This document shows positions 35,606 through 48,034 of a stretch of 56,222 bases of DNA, piece after piece (positions within the stretch are counted from its first letter, which is position 1; every line of letters starts with the position of its first letter). The stretch covers positions 85,774,387 through 85,830,608 of the forward strand of contig NC_057719.1 in the NCBI RefSeq assembly GCF_004010195.1, read 5' to 3'. The notes beneath the pieces are model-generated. The model worked only from the letters and a program-made list of their open reading frames with translations. It had not been told where the DNA came from and searched no databases. This stretch comes from Chiloscyllium plagiosum. Lineage: Eukaryota. A program made the translations under genes and the position numbers.

Positions 35606-36203
35606 AACAACACGAGGCTACAAGTCAAGCACTGGAAAATGGCATTGGAATAGGTAGGTGTTTTTATTTACTGGCACAGGTGCGATGGGCCCAATGGCCT
35701 TTTCCTGTGCTGTAGATCTCTATGTCTCTATGGCTGAGGCAGTTGTGTTATATCCTGCGCTTGTTTGTTGGTCCCTATTAGTTCACAAATCATCTTTCTC
35801 CTCCTGTCAGTCAATTCCTCTCTGTTTGAATGGGTTTCTCATCTGAACTGTGAAATTACAAATATATCCCCAAACTCTTAAGTAATGCTCTCTCCTGCTG
35901 TTAGGCAAGTACCTGCCAGCTGGAATACTTTGAATTCTTGTGTCCATCACCACATCTTTACTGACTGCATAGGGGTTATCCTTGGCTGAAAAATAGCACT
36001 TTTATTTCTGTGTTAACAGGTCATGTGTTCAAGATCCAGCCCAGTGCAAACTGCATTTTGTAAAGGCTGATCCAACAGCTTGGCATTGTGCCCAAGGGAG
36101 CTGATGTTAAGCAGAGAAGACAACACTCTCAGGTGAGTGCAAAATTGTGCTTGTTAATGAAAGGAAGGGTAAGTTTCCTGGTACTTTGCCAAATTATTTT
36201 ATA

Positions 36204-36809
36204 GGAGAAAGTGAGGACTGCAGATGCTGAAGATCAGAGTTTAAAAATGTGTTGCTGAAAAAGCGCAGCAGGTCAGGCAGCATCAAAGGAACAGGAGAAT
36301 CGACATTTTGGGCATAAGCCCTTCCTCAGGAATGAGGAGAGTGTGCCAAGCAGGCTAAGATAAAAGGTAGGGAGGAGGGACTTGGGGGAGGGGCATTGGG
36401 AATACGAAGGGTGGAAGGAAGTTAAGGTGAGGGTGATAGGCCGGACAGGGGGTGGGGGCAGAGAGGTCGGGAAGAAGATTGCAGGTCAAGAATGCGGTGC
36501 TGAGTCTGAGGGTTGGGACTGAGAAAAGGTGGGGGAGGGGAAATAAGAAAGCTGGAGAAATCTGCATTCATCCCTTGTGATTGGAGGGTTCCTGGAGGAA
36601 GATGAGGCGCTCTTCCTCCAGGTGTCATGTTGCCATGGTCTGGCGATGGAGGAGGCCAAGGACCTGCATGTCCTTGGTGGAGTAGGAGGGGGAATTAAAG
36701 TGTTCAGCCATGGGGCGGTTGGGTTGGTTGGTGCGGGTATCCCAGAGGTATTCTCTGAAACATTCCACAAGTAGGCGGCCTGTCTCCCCAATGTATAGGA
36801 GGCCACATC
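36204..36809 (-). mobile_element. Penelope-like element 3' end (GIY-YIG + pLTR)
   Basis: Reads CGLLYIGETGRLL..HFNSPS..MQVLGLLH. The pLTR is of the same type as at 20651. Confidence 0.92.
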
Positions 36810-37390
36810 TTTTATGTCTTGAGGTTGTACAGGACGCCTCTTCTGGAATACTGTGTCCAATTCTGGTTGCCAAGTGAGAGGAAGGATATTATCAAGTTTC
36901 AGAGAGTTCAGAAGAGATTTACCAGGATCTTGCTGAGTATGGAAGGTTTCAGTTATAAAGAAAGGCTGAATAGGATGGGACGTTTTTCGCTGGAGGGTGG
37001 GAGGTTGAGAGGTGACCTGATAGAAGATATAAAATAATTAGAGGTATGGATAGAGTTGATGGCAGTTGTCTTTTCCCAAAGATGGGGAATTTGAAGACCT
37101 TGGGGCACATTTTTAAGGTGAGAGGAGAGAGATTTAAAAAAGACATAAGGGGCAATTTTTTTACACAGAGAGTGGTTCACATCTGGAATGAACTTCCTGA
37201 GAGAGTTATGGATGCAAGTACAATTGCAACATTTAAAAATCATTTGGATAGATGCATGAATAGGAAAGGTTTGGAGGGTTATGAACCAGGAGCAGGCAGA
37301 TGGGATTAGTTTCATTTGGGATTATGATCATCATGGACTGGTTGAATGAAAGTGTCTGTTTCTGTGTTGTATGGCTCTATGACTCTATAA
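36810..37390 (+). mobile_element. CR1 3' fragment
   Basis: ORFs 36819-37309 contain LEYCVQFW and WNELPE, followed by the tail. Confidence 0.93.
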
Positions 37391-37949
37391 CAAAAAAAAA
37401 TCAACAGATTGTCTCATTGTTGTGTTTATGAGATATTACTGTTCACAATTCATCATGACACTGACATTCAATGCTTGAACTGTATGCTATCTGTTGAAAA
37501 GGAGGCTGTGACATCTAGTGGTTAGTTAGCATTGCTATTGAAATACAATTAATTTCCTTCACTTTACTTTTATAGAAAGGTTTTGATGGTTGTCATTGTT
37601 GCACAGGCTTGGTATCCAAGACAATGTGTCTTTAATATGCTCTTGAATGTGCTTCTTTTTATTATAATTCAACTATTTTGCCTTCATCTATTTGCTCATT
37701 CTGCTTCATGTCTAATTGCAAATCCTTCCTCTCGATGTTCCAAGCTTGAATTCCGTCCACAATATATTCAAATCTTGGAATAGATGTTAAAATGCTGCAT
37801 CCCCATGGTGATTACAGCCAGAAGCAACATCAACAACAGTTGCTAGCATCTGAAATGTTGTTGCCAATGGAGATGGGGAGGCTGGATTTTCTAGAGGCCT
37901 GATGCAAGCCTTTGAACCAGAAAAGAAGCCCAACCAATGCTTCAAAATA

Positions 37950-40650
37950 CAGTCATAGTCATACAGCTGTACATCACGGAAACAGACCCTGTGGTCCAAT
38001 TCGTCCATGCTGATGAGATATCCTAAATGAATCTCATCCCATTTTCCAGTATTTGGCACATATCCATCTAAACCCTTCCTATTCATATATCCATCCAGAT
38101 GTCTTTTAAATGTTGTAATTGCACCAGCCTCCACCATTTCCTCTGGCAGCTTGTTTCATGCACGCACCACCCTCTGCATGAAAATATTGGCCCTTAGGTC
38201 TGTTTTAAATCTTACCCCTCTCCCCTTAAACCTGTACCCTCTAGTTTTAGTTTCCCCAACCCTGGGGTAAAGACCTTGCCTATTCACCCTACCCATGACC
38301 CTCATTATTTTATAAACCTCTAAAAGGTCACCCGTCAGCCTCTGACACTCCGGCAAAATAACCTCAGTGTCTCCCTTTAGCACAAATCCTCCAGTATTGG
38401 CAACATCCTCGTAAATTTTTTCTGAACCCTTTCAAGTTTCACAAAATCCTTCCTATAGCAGGGAGATCAGAATTTCATGCAGTATTCCAAAAGTGGCCTG
38501 ACCAATGTCCTGTAGAGCTGCAACGTGACCTCCCAACTCCTATACTCAATGCACTGATCAATAAAGGCAAGCAGACAAAACACCTTTTTCAGGATCCTGT
38601 CTACCTGTGAAGGAACTATGAACCTGCATTCAAAGGTCTGTTTGTTCAGCAACACTCCCCAGGACCTTAGAAGAACCTGATTTGCCTTTCCAAAATGAAG
38701 CACCTCACATTTATCTAAATTAAATTCCATTTGCCACTCCCTGGCCTATTGGACGATCTGATCAAAGTCACATTGTATTCTGAGATAATGTCCTTTGCTG
38801 TCCACTACATCTCCAATTTTGGTATCATCTGCAAACTTACTAACTATAACTCCTATGTCCACATGCAAATCGTTTATATGAATGACAAAAAGAAATGGAC
38901 CCAGCACCAATCCTTGTGGCACACTAATGGTCACAGGCCTCCACTAATGGTCAAAGCAACCCCCCTCCACCACGTTTTGTCTTCTACCTTCAAGCTAGTT
39001 CTGTACCCACATGGCTAGTTCCCCCTCCATTCCATGTAACTAACTTTGCTAACCAGTCTACCATGAGGAACTTGGTTGAAAGTCTTACAGAAGTCCATGT
39101 AGATCGCATACACTGCTCTGCCCTCATCAGTCCTCATCATTACTTCTTCAAAAAACTCCAAGAAAATAACCTCAGATAGTGAGACACAATTTCCCAAGCA
39201 CAAAGCCATGTTGACTATCCCTAATCAGCCCTTGCCTTTCCAAATACATGTAAGTCCTGTCCTTCAGGACTTCCTCCAACAATAGACCAACGAGCCTGAC
39301 TAATGTCAGAAATTACTGATGTCAGGGTCACTGGTCTATTATTCTCTGTTGTTTCCTGACCACCTTTCTTAAATAGTTGCACCACATAAGCCAACCTCCA
39401 GTCTTCTGGCACCTCACCTAAGGTTATCGATGATACAAATATCTCAACAAGAGACCCAGCAATCATTTCCCATGCTTCCCACTGTGTTCTAAGAAACACC
39501 AATCAGGTTCCACGGATTTATCAATCTTTACGTGTTTTAAAACATCCAGCACCTCCATATTACAGCACCCTGTAATATGGACATTTTTTGAGATGTCACT
39601 ATCTATTTCCACACATGCTCTATCTTCCATATCCTTCTCCACAGCAAACACCGATGCGAAATACTTGTTTAGTATCTCCTGCAGTTCCGTGCACAGGCGG
39701 CTTTGCTGATTTTTAAGGGGCTTCATTCTCTCCCCTGTTATTCTTTTGTCCTTAATGCATTTGTAAAATTTCTTTGGATTTTCCTTAAACCTATTTGCTT
39801 TAGCTAGCTCATGTCTTCTTTTTAACTCCTGATTCCTCTCTGAAGTGTACTCCTTTATACTCTTCTAAGGATTAACTCGATCTCTACACCTGACATATGC
39901 TTCCTTCTTTTTCTTCACCAAACCCTCAATTTCTATAGTCATCCAGCATTCCCTACATCTACCAGCCTTGCCTTTCACCCGAACAGGAGCATACTGTTTC
40001 TGGACTCTAGGTATCTCATTTTTGAAGGCTTCCCATTTTCTAACCGTCCCTTTTTCTGCGACCATCCTCTCCCAATCAACCATTGAAAGTACTTGCCTAA
40101 TACCGTCAAAACTGGCCTTCCTCCAATTTAGAACTTAAACATTAAAAGGTCCAGTCTATCCTTTTCCATCACTATTTTAAAATTAGTAGAATTATGGTTG
40201 CTGGCCCCAGAATGTTCCCCCACTGACACCTCAGTCACCTGCCCTGCCTTATTTCCCACCAGTCGGTCAAGTTTTGCACCTTGCCTAATAGATGCATCTA
40301 CATATCGAATTACAGAATTTTCTTGTACACACTTAACAAATTCCTCTCCATCCAAACACTTAGCACTATGGCAGAGACTGTCTATGTTTACAAAATAAAA
40401 ATTCCCTACCATAATCATCCTACTATTCATATGGATAACTGAGATCTCCTTACAAGTTATTTTTCAATTTCCTGCTGAATATAGGGAGAGTCTATATTCT
40501 TACTTCTACGATCTAGTCAAATAACCTTCCTAGACGTAATCGCAGGAATATCCTCCCTAAGTATAGCCCTAATTTTATTATAATCAAAAACAATGCTAAT
40601 CTCTTGCCTCCATTTCTGTTCTTCCTATAGCATTAATATCCTGGAATGGG
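37950..40650 (-). mobile_element. CR1 LINE ORF2 remnant (APE + RT + 3' UTR)
   Basis: Successive minus-strand ORFs carry APE, YMDF.K.F, VPQGLVLGP..FADDTKIG and MEFNLDKC motifs. Confidence 0.95.
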
Positions 40651-42454
40651 GAGACAGTGGAAAAAGACACCTGACATATGACAGTGCATCTTCGCAAACT
40701 GTGGTAGGGTTTGATGGAGAGGGCACGGTAATGAGGTAATTGTCAATGCAAAGAGGTTCCGGAAATATTGTATTGACGTCAAGTGTAATTGTTAACTTGA
40801 GAACACTATATCTTGTACTTCTCTTCACCACATAGTAAGTCTGAGGTTGTGGCAACATTAAGTACAAGTGCAGCACAAAAGACGATTTCATGGACTGGTC
40901 AATCGTTACAATTCGCGCTCGGCAGAAAATGCTGTTCTCTCGCCGTTCGATTATCAAGGACACATAAAATCCTCTGTCTCTCAATCGCTGTGTTGTCAAA
41001 CATATCTCCCATAATTATGGATTCACGTCTGTAATTGGCGTTTGCAGAGAAGAAAATACACGTCATGCAAATTCCTGGGAACTCTGAGCTTGATACATCT
41101 TCCTTGTTCAGTAACTACAATAAAACATTATCGTCAGTGCAAAACACCAGCTCACGTCAATCCCTTCAAATTCGTCATTGCACTGCTCTATGATTTCATT
41201 GTTGACACATTTGAGGTAACCTCTCTCCCAAGAATCGCCTTTTTTGTTTTGTTTGGAACTTAATATTTTTAAAATGTCAACCATTGACCAAACTAAAAGT
41301 AGATACCTTTTGAAATGTGGGAGTGGTCCAATGTGAAATTCATTGATAGAAATTACATTAAACGGTGACCCTTGAAGAGCATGTGGTGGGAGGAGGGGTG
41401 CTCTCCCTGGAATTTATAACAACCCAAAAGGTGTATACAGAATGCAAGACGGTCAATACTTTTATCAATATTACAGATCTACGATGAAAAAATTGCATAG
41501 TTGGAAAGTGGACGTTTTTAAATAAAAAATGGATTAAGTCCAAGTACTTTAGCTGAAGGGAATGTGCAAATTGACTGGCCTTCCATTGTATGTATTGGGG
41601 CGCAACTGGGTCGGGAAGTTAAAGAGAAATAATTCAATAGAGCAGTATACGAGGTGTCAAGGGATTAAAAGTTTCCTATCGTCTGAAACCAGCTAAGTGG
41701 CCAGTGTGCTGTTCCCATCCAACATCTTTCTATCCTTTCTGTAGAGATGTCGAAGTTTCGACTCGTGTTACTATAGTTGCACAGGTAACTGAATTACACA
41801 TATACCTTTCTACACTGGGAATAATTTGAAGTCGTCGTTTTATAGAAACCCCTAGCAAAGCTTGGAACAGTTCTGAGCAGAGGCAATTTAATTCCATAAT
41901 GCTGGGAAGAATCCGGTACTATTGCAACAGGTTCGTTTCCTGTTTACCTGTTTTCCATACAGGTCAGTGTTAGGACAGTTCCGACGTTCAAAGGAGGTGC
42001 CAGTTAAAATCTGTGCAGGGTCAAGAAGTGACAATCGGGGGGATTGGTCTGTTATCTTCGACTAAAAGTGACCATCACAGGGATTGAGGAAGGGCAGGCA
42101 GGCGTTCGATATTGCACGTTTCAAGGCCTACACAGCACAGGGAGGACAAATGCCAGCAATATTCGTAGGTGTTAAATAATGTCAATGCGCAGATGAAAGC
42201 AGAGTTCATTTCTAATTGCTTCGGCGAATGTGAAGAGTCGGCGGATTGATCATCCAAAGGAACGAAAGCGAAAAGATTGGAAGCACAGAAAATTTACAAC
42301 GCAGACCTTATTGTTCATATCGGCTCCTGGGCTGTAGGTGGCAGCATTTCATGAGTTTACAATGCAATGACGTTTGAGGTATTTGCCAACCCTTTAAGGC
42401 AGTCTTCTGAGCGAAAACGAAGCTCAAAACTCCTGTCTACATCTACTGACTACG

Positions 42455-42900
42455 GACAGCCTATCAATGGAGATAAGTTCCTTTCAATGCAGTTCATAAA
42501 TTGGTAAAACTCAAGTAAATCTCCTTTGAGCCTCCCAAATTTCAAAGAAAATAACCCCAGATATTTCCACATTGCCCGTGGCGGAAATTGTCCATGTCTG
42601 GTAGCAGCCTTGTAAATTACCCTCTTGCCTTCTGCAGTGTGAGCAGTTCTTCCTGTGGTGCGGATTTGACATAGCAATCTTTCTGTATCCAATAAAACCT
42701 CCAGCCCTTTCCGCTTAATGGAAAGCGCTGGCAACTAAACGTTGCAATTTAACAGCAAGAGGCTTGGAAATGATGCAGTATGGGTGTAACAAAAAAAAAG
42801 TGATTCAAATTACAGAGCTAACTTGGCTCGGTAGTGGCATCCTGGACTTCATCCTGAACAGGGGAGAGGGCGGAATCACAGTTCTGCTGCCGCATCTGAT
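42455..42900 (-). mobile_element. Ancient CR1 RT C-terminal fragment
   Basis: Minus strand reads YLGLFSLKFGRLKGDLLEFYQFM. Confidence 0.7.
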
Positions 42901-42929
42901 TGAGTATTGCAAGGGAAGAAGTTGGTCTC

Positions 42930-43156
42930 ATACTGCGGGACGCTGGGGGTCGGTTTAGCTCAGCTGGCTGGACAGTTGGTTTGTGAAGCAGTGTGATGCA
43001 AACAGCGTTCAATTTCCCATCAATAGCTGAGGTTACCATTAAGGAATCTGCTTCTCAAACTCTCCCCTTGCCTGAGGTATGGTGGTTTAAATCACCACCA
43101 ACTGTCTCTCTCAAATAAGAGAGCAGCCCTATGTTCTGGTAAGACAATGGCGACAC
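42930..43156 (+). mobile_element. tRNA-derived SINE just upstream of the gene promoter
   Basis: Head GGTTTAGCTCAGCTGGCTGGACAGTTGG; homologous to 16765-16956. Confidence 0.7.
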
Positions 43157-43452
43157 AGTGCAGGGCAAATACAGGGGCATTCAACCTTAAGCTTTTAACA
43201 TCACGCTACTAATATTGGCAGATTAATGGAGGAATCCTGGCTATCAGACCCTCCTCCCCCACCCCACCCCACCCCAAACTCTGACCCCAGCCCATCTAGC
43301 CCAACCCAAACATGCCAGCTGGGTATCTGTCTGATTGTTGCTTGGAAGGGCATGCTGTTCACAAAGTTAGTAGTTGAGTATGCCTACATGTGTGGTTGCA
43401 TGTCATTGGCTGTGAGGAAGTCTGGGCCGCCCCAAGATCTCTAGCGCTGATG

Positions 43453-43458
43453 TATAAA
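43453..43458 (+). promoter_or_regulatory. Candidate TATA box of the methyltransferase gene
   Basis: TATAAA lies ~100 bp upstream of the start codon, which has a good Kozak context (AAAATGG). A GC-box-like GGGCCGCCCC is at ~43424. Confidence 0.45.
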
Positions 43459-43553
43459 TGCAAGTTCACAAGTTTACAGGAAGCTTCCCTGAGCTGAAGA
43501 CTTGGAGCCGGAACTAAAAATCCATCACAATCAGAGCAGTTTCAGCTTAGAAA

Positions 43554-43721
43554 ATGGCGACAAAGAGCCAGGGAGAGTCCAATGACCATGCCACGAAGGA
43601 GGGGGACACTGATAACAGTATGGTGATTTTGGAGAATGCATATCAGTTCTGCGGATTCAATCTGAAGATTAATCGATTCATCAACGCGAATCTTGGCTAT
43701 TCTGCCTATGTTTGGGATGCA
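43554..43721 (+). CDS. EEF1AKMT3: EEF1A lysine methyltransferase 3-like (METTL21B-like), coding exon 1
   Basis: 56 codons ending YQFCGFNLKINRFINANLGYSAYVWDA (METTL21 VWDA motif). Donor GCA|GTAAGT, phase 0. The symbol denotes the closest family member; orthology is not established. Confidence 0.9.
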
Positions 43722-43868
43722 GTAAGTAGAAGCGATCATTCTGTTAGAGGCAATTCTGTTCAATTTAGCATACTTGTTTGTTTAGCTTTCTCCTCAGTAG
43801 ACTTTTTTTCGCCTCGGTTCTTCGATTTCATTCACGGGTGGTATCGGGTACACAAGCGATTTGCATAA

Positions 43869-44126
<258 letters not shown>

Positions 44127-44249
44127 TAACAGCCCCACTACTCCCCCAAGCCGAACTGATAGAAGTACATCTAAAGGATTCAGTCAATTCAACGAGTTAG
44201 AAATATTTCCACAGTTTATCAACAGTGAATCAACCCACGCCCACATTGG

Positions 44250-44525
44250 CTCTCGGATAAATTATGCTTCCATTTAAAATTGTCTTTCTAATTTTCAAAT
44301 CCCTTTATGGACTACTCTCTGGGCTCCTCTGTAATCACCCCATTCCTACAAAATTTCAGACTACTCTACATCTGGCCTCTCCAATTTTCCCAACTTCAAT
44401 GTAAATCACTCTAATGTTAGTGGCCGCCTACAGCTGCCACGCCGTAAACTCTGGATGTTCCTTATTAGACACGAGTGTCTCTGGAAAGCCCACTTCTTTA
44501 AGCAAACATTTAATCATCGATACTC
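44250..44525 (+). mobile_element. L2 LINE 3' fragment in intron 2
   Basis: Follows the L2 ORF2 C-terminal pattern HWL..FKI..LIFKSL.G..KLW..K.HFFKQ.F. L2-type tails occur at ~45640-45660 (+) and ~45922-45939 (-). Confidence 0.65.
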
Positions 44526-44736
44526 CATGAACACGTCATACGGCTCCAATCCTGAATGGATATCTCTTCTTATCGCCTGGCCAATATTTATCATTCAACC
44601 AGTGTCATTAAAACAGGTCACCTGGTCATTTTACTATTAGTTTTATAATAGATTTATGTGTGCAAATTGGACGTGAACCAGTTATTATTTGACACTGACT
44701 CAGCTTGAGAGTATGGAATTAATATTTCTACTGGAT

Positions 44737-45441
44737 TAGCGGTTTTGAGAAGATTTGTAGCTCTGGCTGCTGATAAGTATATAAGTTAGCTCCTGAGCTC
44801 GAAGATTTGTTTTCAGACGTTTCGTCAGCATACTGGGTAACTTCATCAGAGTCTCTGGTGACGCGTTGGTGGTATGTCCCGCCTCTCTGTTTACAGGACT
44901 TGGTTTCTTAAGGTGAATGTGTCAATTCCGGCTCTTTTTTTTCGAGGGAAGATATATAGGGTTTAAATGTGTATATTAACGGTCTTCTGGTTAGAATACC
45001 ATGCCTCTAAGAATTCTCGTGCGTGTTTTTATTTCGCCTGTTCTGGGATGTGTGTGTTGTCCCAAAGTGGTGTCCTTCTTTGTCTGTATGTATAGAAACG
45101 AGTGATAGAGGTTCATGTCTTTTGGTGGCCAGTTGGTGTTCATGTATCCTGGTGGGAAGTCTCCTGCTAATTTGTCCGATGTAGTTTTTTTTCAGTATTT
45201 GCATGTATCTTGTGAATCGATTTACATCTTTCAGTGTCTGAAAGATTCTCCATCGATGTCGACCCTATCTACCTTTCCTTGAAAAAGCCCGGAACCCACC
45301 TTAAGAAACCAAGCCCTAACAATAGAGAGGCGGGACATAGCACCAGCGCTTCACCAGAGACTCTCGCTGATGATGTCACTCAGTATCGTGACGAAACGTC
45401 TGAAAATAAACCTGCAAGCTAAGCGAGCTAGCTTACAGACT
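44737..45441. mobile_element. Penelope-like element with inverted pLTRs in intron 2
   Basis: Exact 14-bp TSD TATTTCTACTGGAT at 44723-44736 and 45442-45455. Minus-strand GIY-YIG NYIGQISRRLPTRIHEH. Inverted arms of ~200 bp. Confidence 0.92.
45364..45403 (+). ncRNA. Minimal hammerhead ribozyme motif, sense to the pre-mRNA
   Basis: TCG-CTGATGA-T-GTCAC-tcagtatc-GTGAC-GAAA-CGTC-TGA has an intact core, a 5-bp stem II, a 3-bp stem I and a GUC site at 45398-45400. An antisense twin lies at 44816-44849. Confidence 0.78.
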
Positions 45442-46139
45442 TATTTCTACTGGATGTTTAGAAATCCTAACCCACATCCTTTCTGTCTACCCATCTCTCT
45501 TTGCGCTTGAAAATTGCTCCTACAAACCTTCCTCATCAAGCATCCTTGGTTCGTCTGTAACACATGTCCCACAACGCAGCCCGGTGTCAGATTCTGACTG
45601 GTGATACGCCTGCGACTTTTGCCGGCGCCTTTGTCAATGGCATTATATAAACGCAAGTTTTTGGTGCGATGATATTTGAAAGACCGATATTTCCGGCTGA
45701 GATTACACAATTATGCAAACAAGAAAGTAACCAAGCCTGCGAAACCAAATATGTGGCAGAATATAACAATGAAGCCATCATGAGTTGGTAGCATTTGGTG
45801 CAGGTATCCACATAACACAGTGTGACAAATATAACAGAAGATGAAACGTGATATGCTTTTGAATTTGTGATTTCAATGCTAGGCTTCTGATAATTGCACA
45901 TGGAATGCAAACCGCAATAATAACTTGTATTTACGTAGCCTCATTAACTAAGGAGAAGTCACCGGCATTTCAGCGGAGCAGAACACACCAAACCTTTCAA
46001 GCGCTCAGATCTAGAAATACAAATGGGCGACTAAGAACTTTCTCAGATATAGATTTGGAAAGACATTTTAAATTCTAAGACCGAGAATGTGAAATATTTA
46101 GAGAGAGATACTGAAAGATTAGTGTGGAAAGTTTCCAGC

Positions 46140-47110
46140 CACATCTTGTCTATACAGTACATATCATGGTTGGTCCAATCCAGCCAACTAGTGTCAACCG
46201 CGAATTTAAGGTGTAATTTTCTCCAATAACCTGTTTGCCCCTGCTAAATAAGTCAGGAACTAACGCACCCAAGGCTCATTGCTACCTTGGTTTAAACTTG
46301 GGCAAAATGTATTGAATTATAAAGTTAAGGTGAGTGCGACTGCTCTTAATATCAAGTCAACATTTCACTAAATGCGATTAGAAGGAGATTTGCCGAAATT
46401 GCTGTCAGTATGAATCAGAAAGAAGACCCTCCAATGGTCAGATTCATGCCTAGCACGGAGTAAGGTGGAAGTGGTTGTTGGAAGTCAATCAACTCAACCT
46501 AACAGAGCAAGCACTTCGACCCAACAATGTTCTGCAGTTTTTATCAATGAAAGGTCTTTTAACATAGCATTAGATGTGACGGCATTAACAAAAAAGACAA
46601 GGATGTGGGTGAGCCAGACTCCTCAGAGCTAGTCTACCAACCAGAAATTAATTGCATTTGATTGATCCATTTACATTTTCCATGAGTATAGTTCCACCAA
46701 CACGCTAAGGAAACTCAACACCATCTAAGTCAAACCAACCAGTTCTAATGTTGCCTCATCCACAACTGTGAGCATCCACAGCCTCCAGCCGAACGGCTGC
46801 TGTGCAAAGCACGTGACGGGAAATGACCTCTTCGACAACACTTTCCAGGACTTGATCTTTGCTAGCCGGAAGGACAAGGCCAGCAGAAGGATGAGATCGC
46901 TGCCACTCAGCACTCCTGCAAGGCAAGTGTTAACTCGACTTTTAAACCATCTCGCCATTCCTTCAAGACTGGCTGTCTCAAATCCAGGAAAGTTTGCTGC
47001 CTTGGACACCATAAGCACCTTCATCACGTGGACTGCCACCACTACCTTCTCAAACGCAATTAGGAATGACATTGCCAACAAAACTCTCGTCCTGTGAAGA
47101 AATTCATTTT
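46140..47110 (+). mobile_element. Decayed CR1/L2-group LINE in intron 2
   Basis: RT remnants plus the 3' region (IHSLQ..HLAIPS) homologous to 16240-16760. Confidence 0.6.
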
Positions 47111-47609
47111 AAATCATGGGTTCATCAATTGTACACGAACATGGAGGCCCAAAAGACTCAGCAACGCAAATAGAAATCGCCGGGGGTGGGGGAAGACACT
47201 CACCAAGTCTGGCAGCATCCGCACAGAGGAATCAAAGAATGTAGAATATTTCACTAAAAAAATTGAAGATGTTGTGATGTAAGTATTGCAAAGAGCCTAA
47301 TAAGCTGAAGGGTTTTGTTTTATGTGACGCTAGGCATCATTGTCAGGACTGTAAATTCACATTAAACCAAGCGTTCCTTACTGTCGCGCAGATAAGCAAT
47401 CGAGCTGCTGTGCTGGGGTTTTGGTGATTTCAAAGGATATGGCTTAGGCCAAGCCCCATTACAGAGCACCCCCGGCAGAGCAACTGAACCTGGCTCTGCA
47501 TGAGCAGGTCTTCATTGGAGTCATTTTTGTACTCCAATGTTCCCTGTAATTGAATGCATTTCGAAATGAAACTCGGTTGATTTTATTACTTTCTTTCTGT
47601 CCCACTCAG

Positions 47610-48034
47610 GTGGAGATGTCACTATAACAGATAAATCGATTGTCATGAAGCAAATCGATAACAACATCGTCATCAACGTCCCAGCTGCATGTAGACACCG
47701 TATCAAGGCCCGTCCCCTGATTTGGGGGGAAGACCACACTAACTTCCCCACTGGCTATGACTTCATCCTGGGCTCGGATATTACGTACAGCTCCATGGCC
47801 CACCCGGCTCTACTAGAAACACTGTGTTATCTCTCCCGGAAAGGAACCACAATTTACCTCTGTTCCGAAATACGAACCAAGAATGGCAGCCTCTCTTTCC
47901 AGAACGAATTCCTACCTCAGTATTTTAACTGCCAGGTCCTTGCCACGTCAGAGAGCAAAGACATAATTCTGCACAAATTTACCAGAATTGGTGGTTCAAG
48001 CCCCGGAGATGGGGCCGTAACTGGAAACAAATGA
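47610..48034 (+). CDS. EEF1AKMT3: EEF1AKMT3-like, coding exon 3 (post-I, motif II, DXXY)
   Basis: Polypyrimidine tract plus CTCAG|, phase-compatible with exon 2. Translates GDVTITD..NVP..LIWGEDHTNFPTGYDFILGSDITY..LLETL..TIYLCS..LPQYF. Total CDS 705 nt = 234 aa. Confidence 0.93.

Noticed and set aside
43300..43475. p53-like half sites (AAACATGCCA, GGGCATGCTG, ATGCAAGTTC) in the promoter
   Set aside because: Each has mismatches, and none pair with canonical spacing into a full response element.
43722..43868. C-terminal half of the 104-aa ORF 43554-43868
   Set aside because: Read-through into intron 1. Homology stops at the GTAAGT donor and resumes in exon 2.
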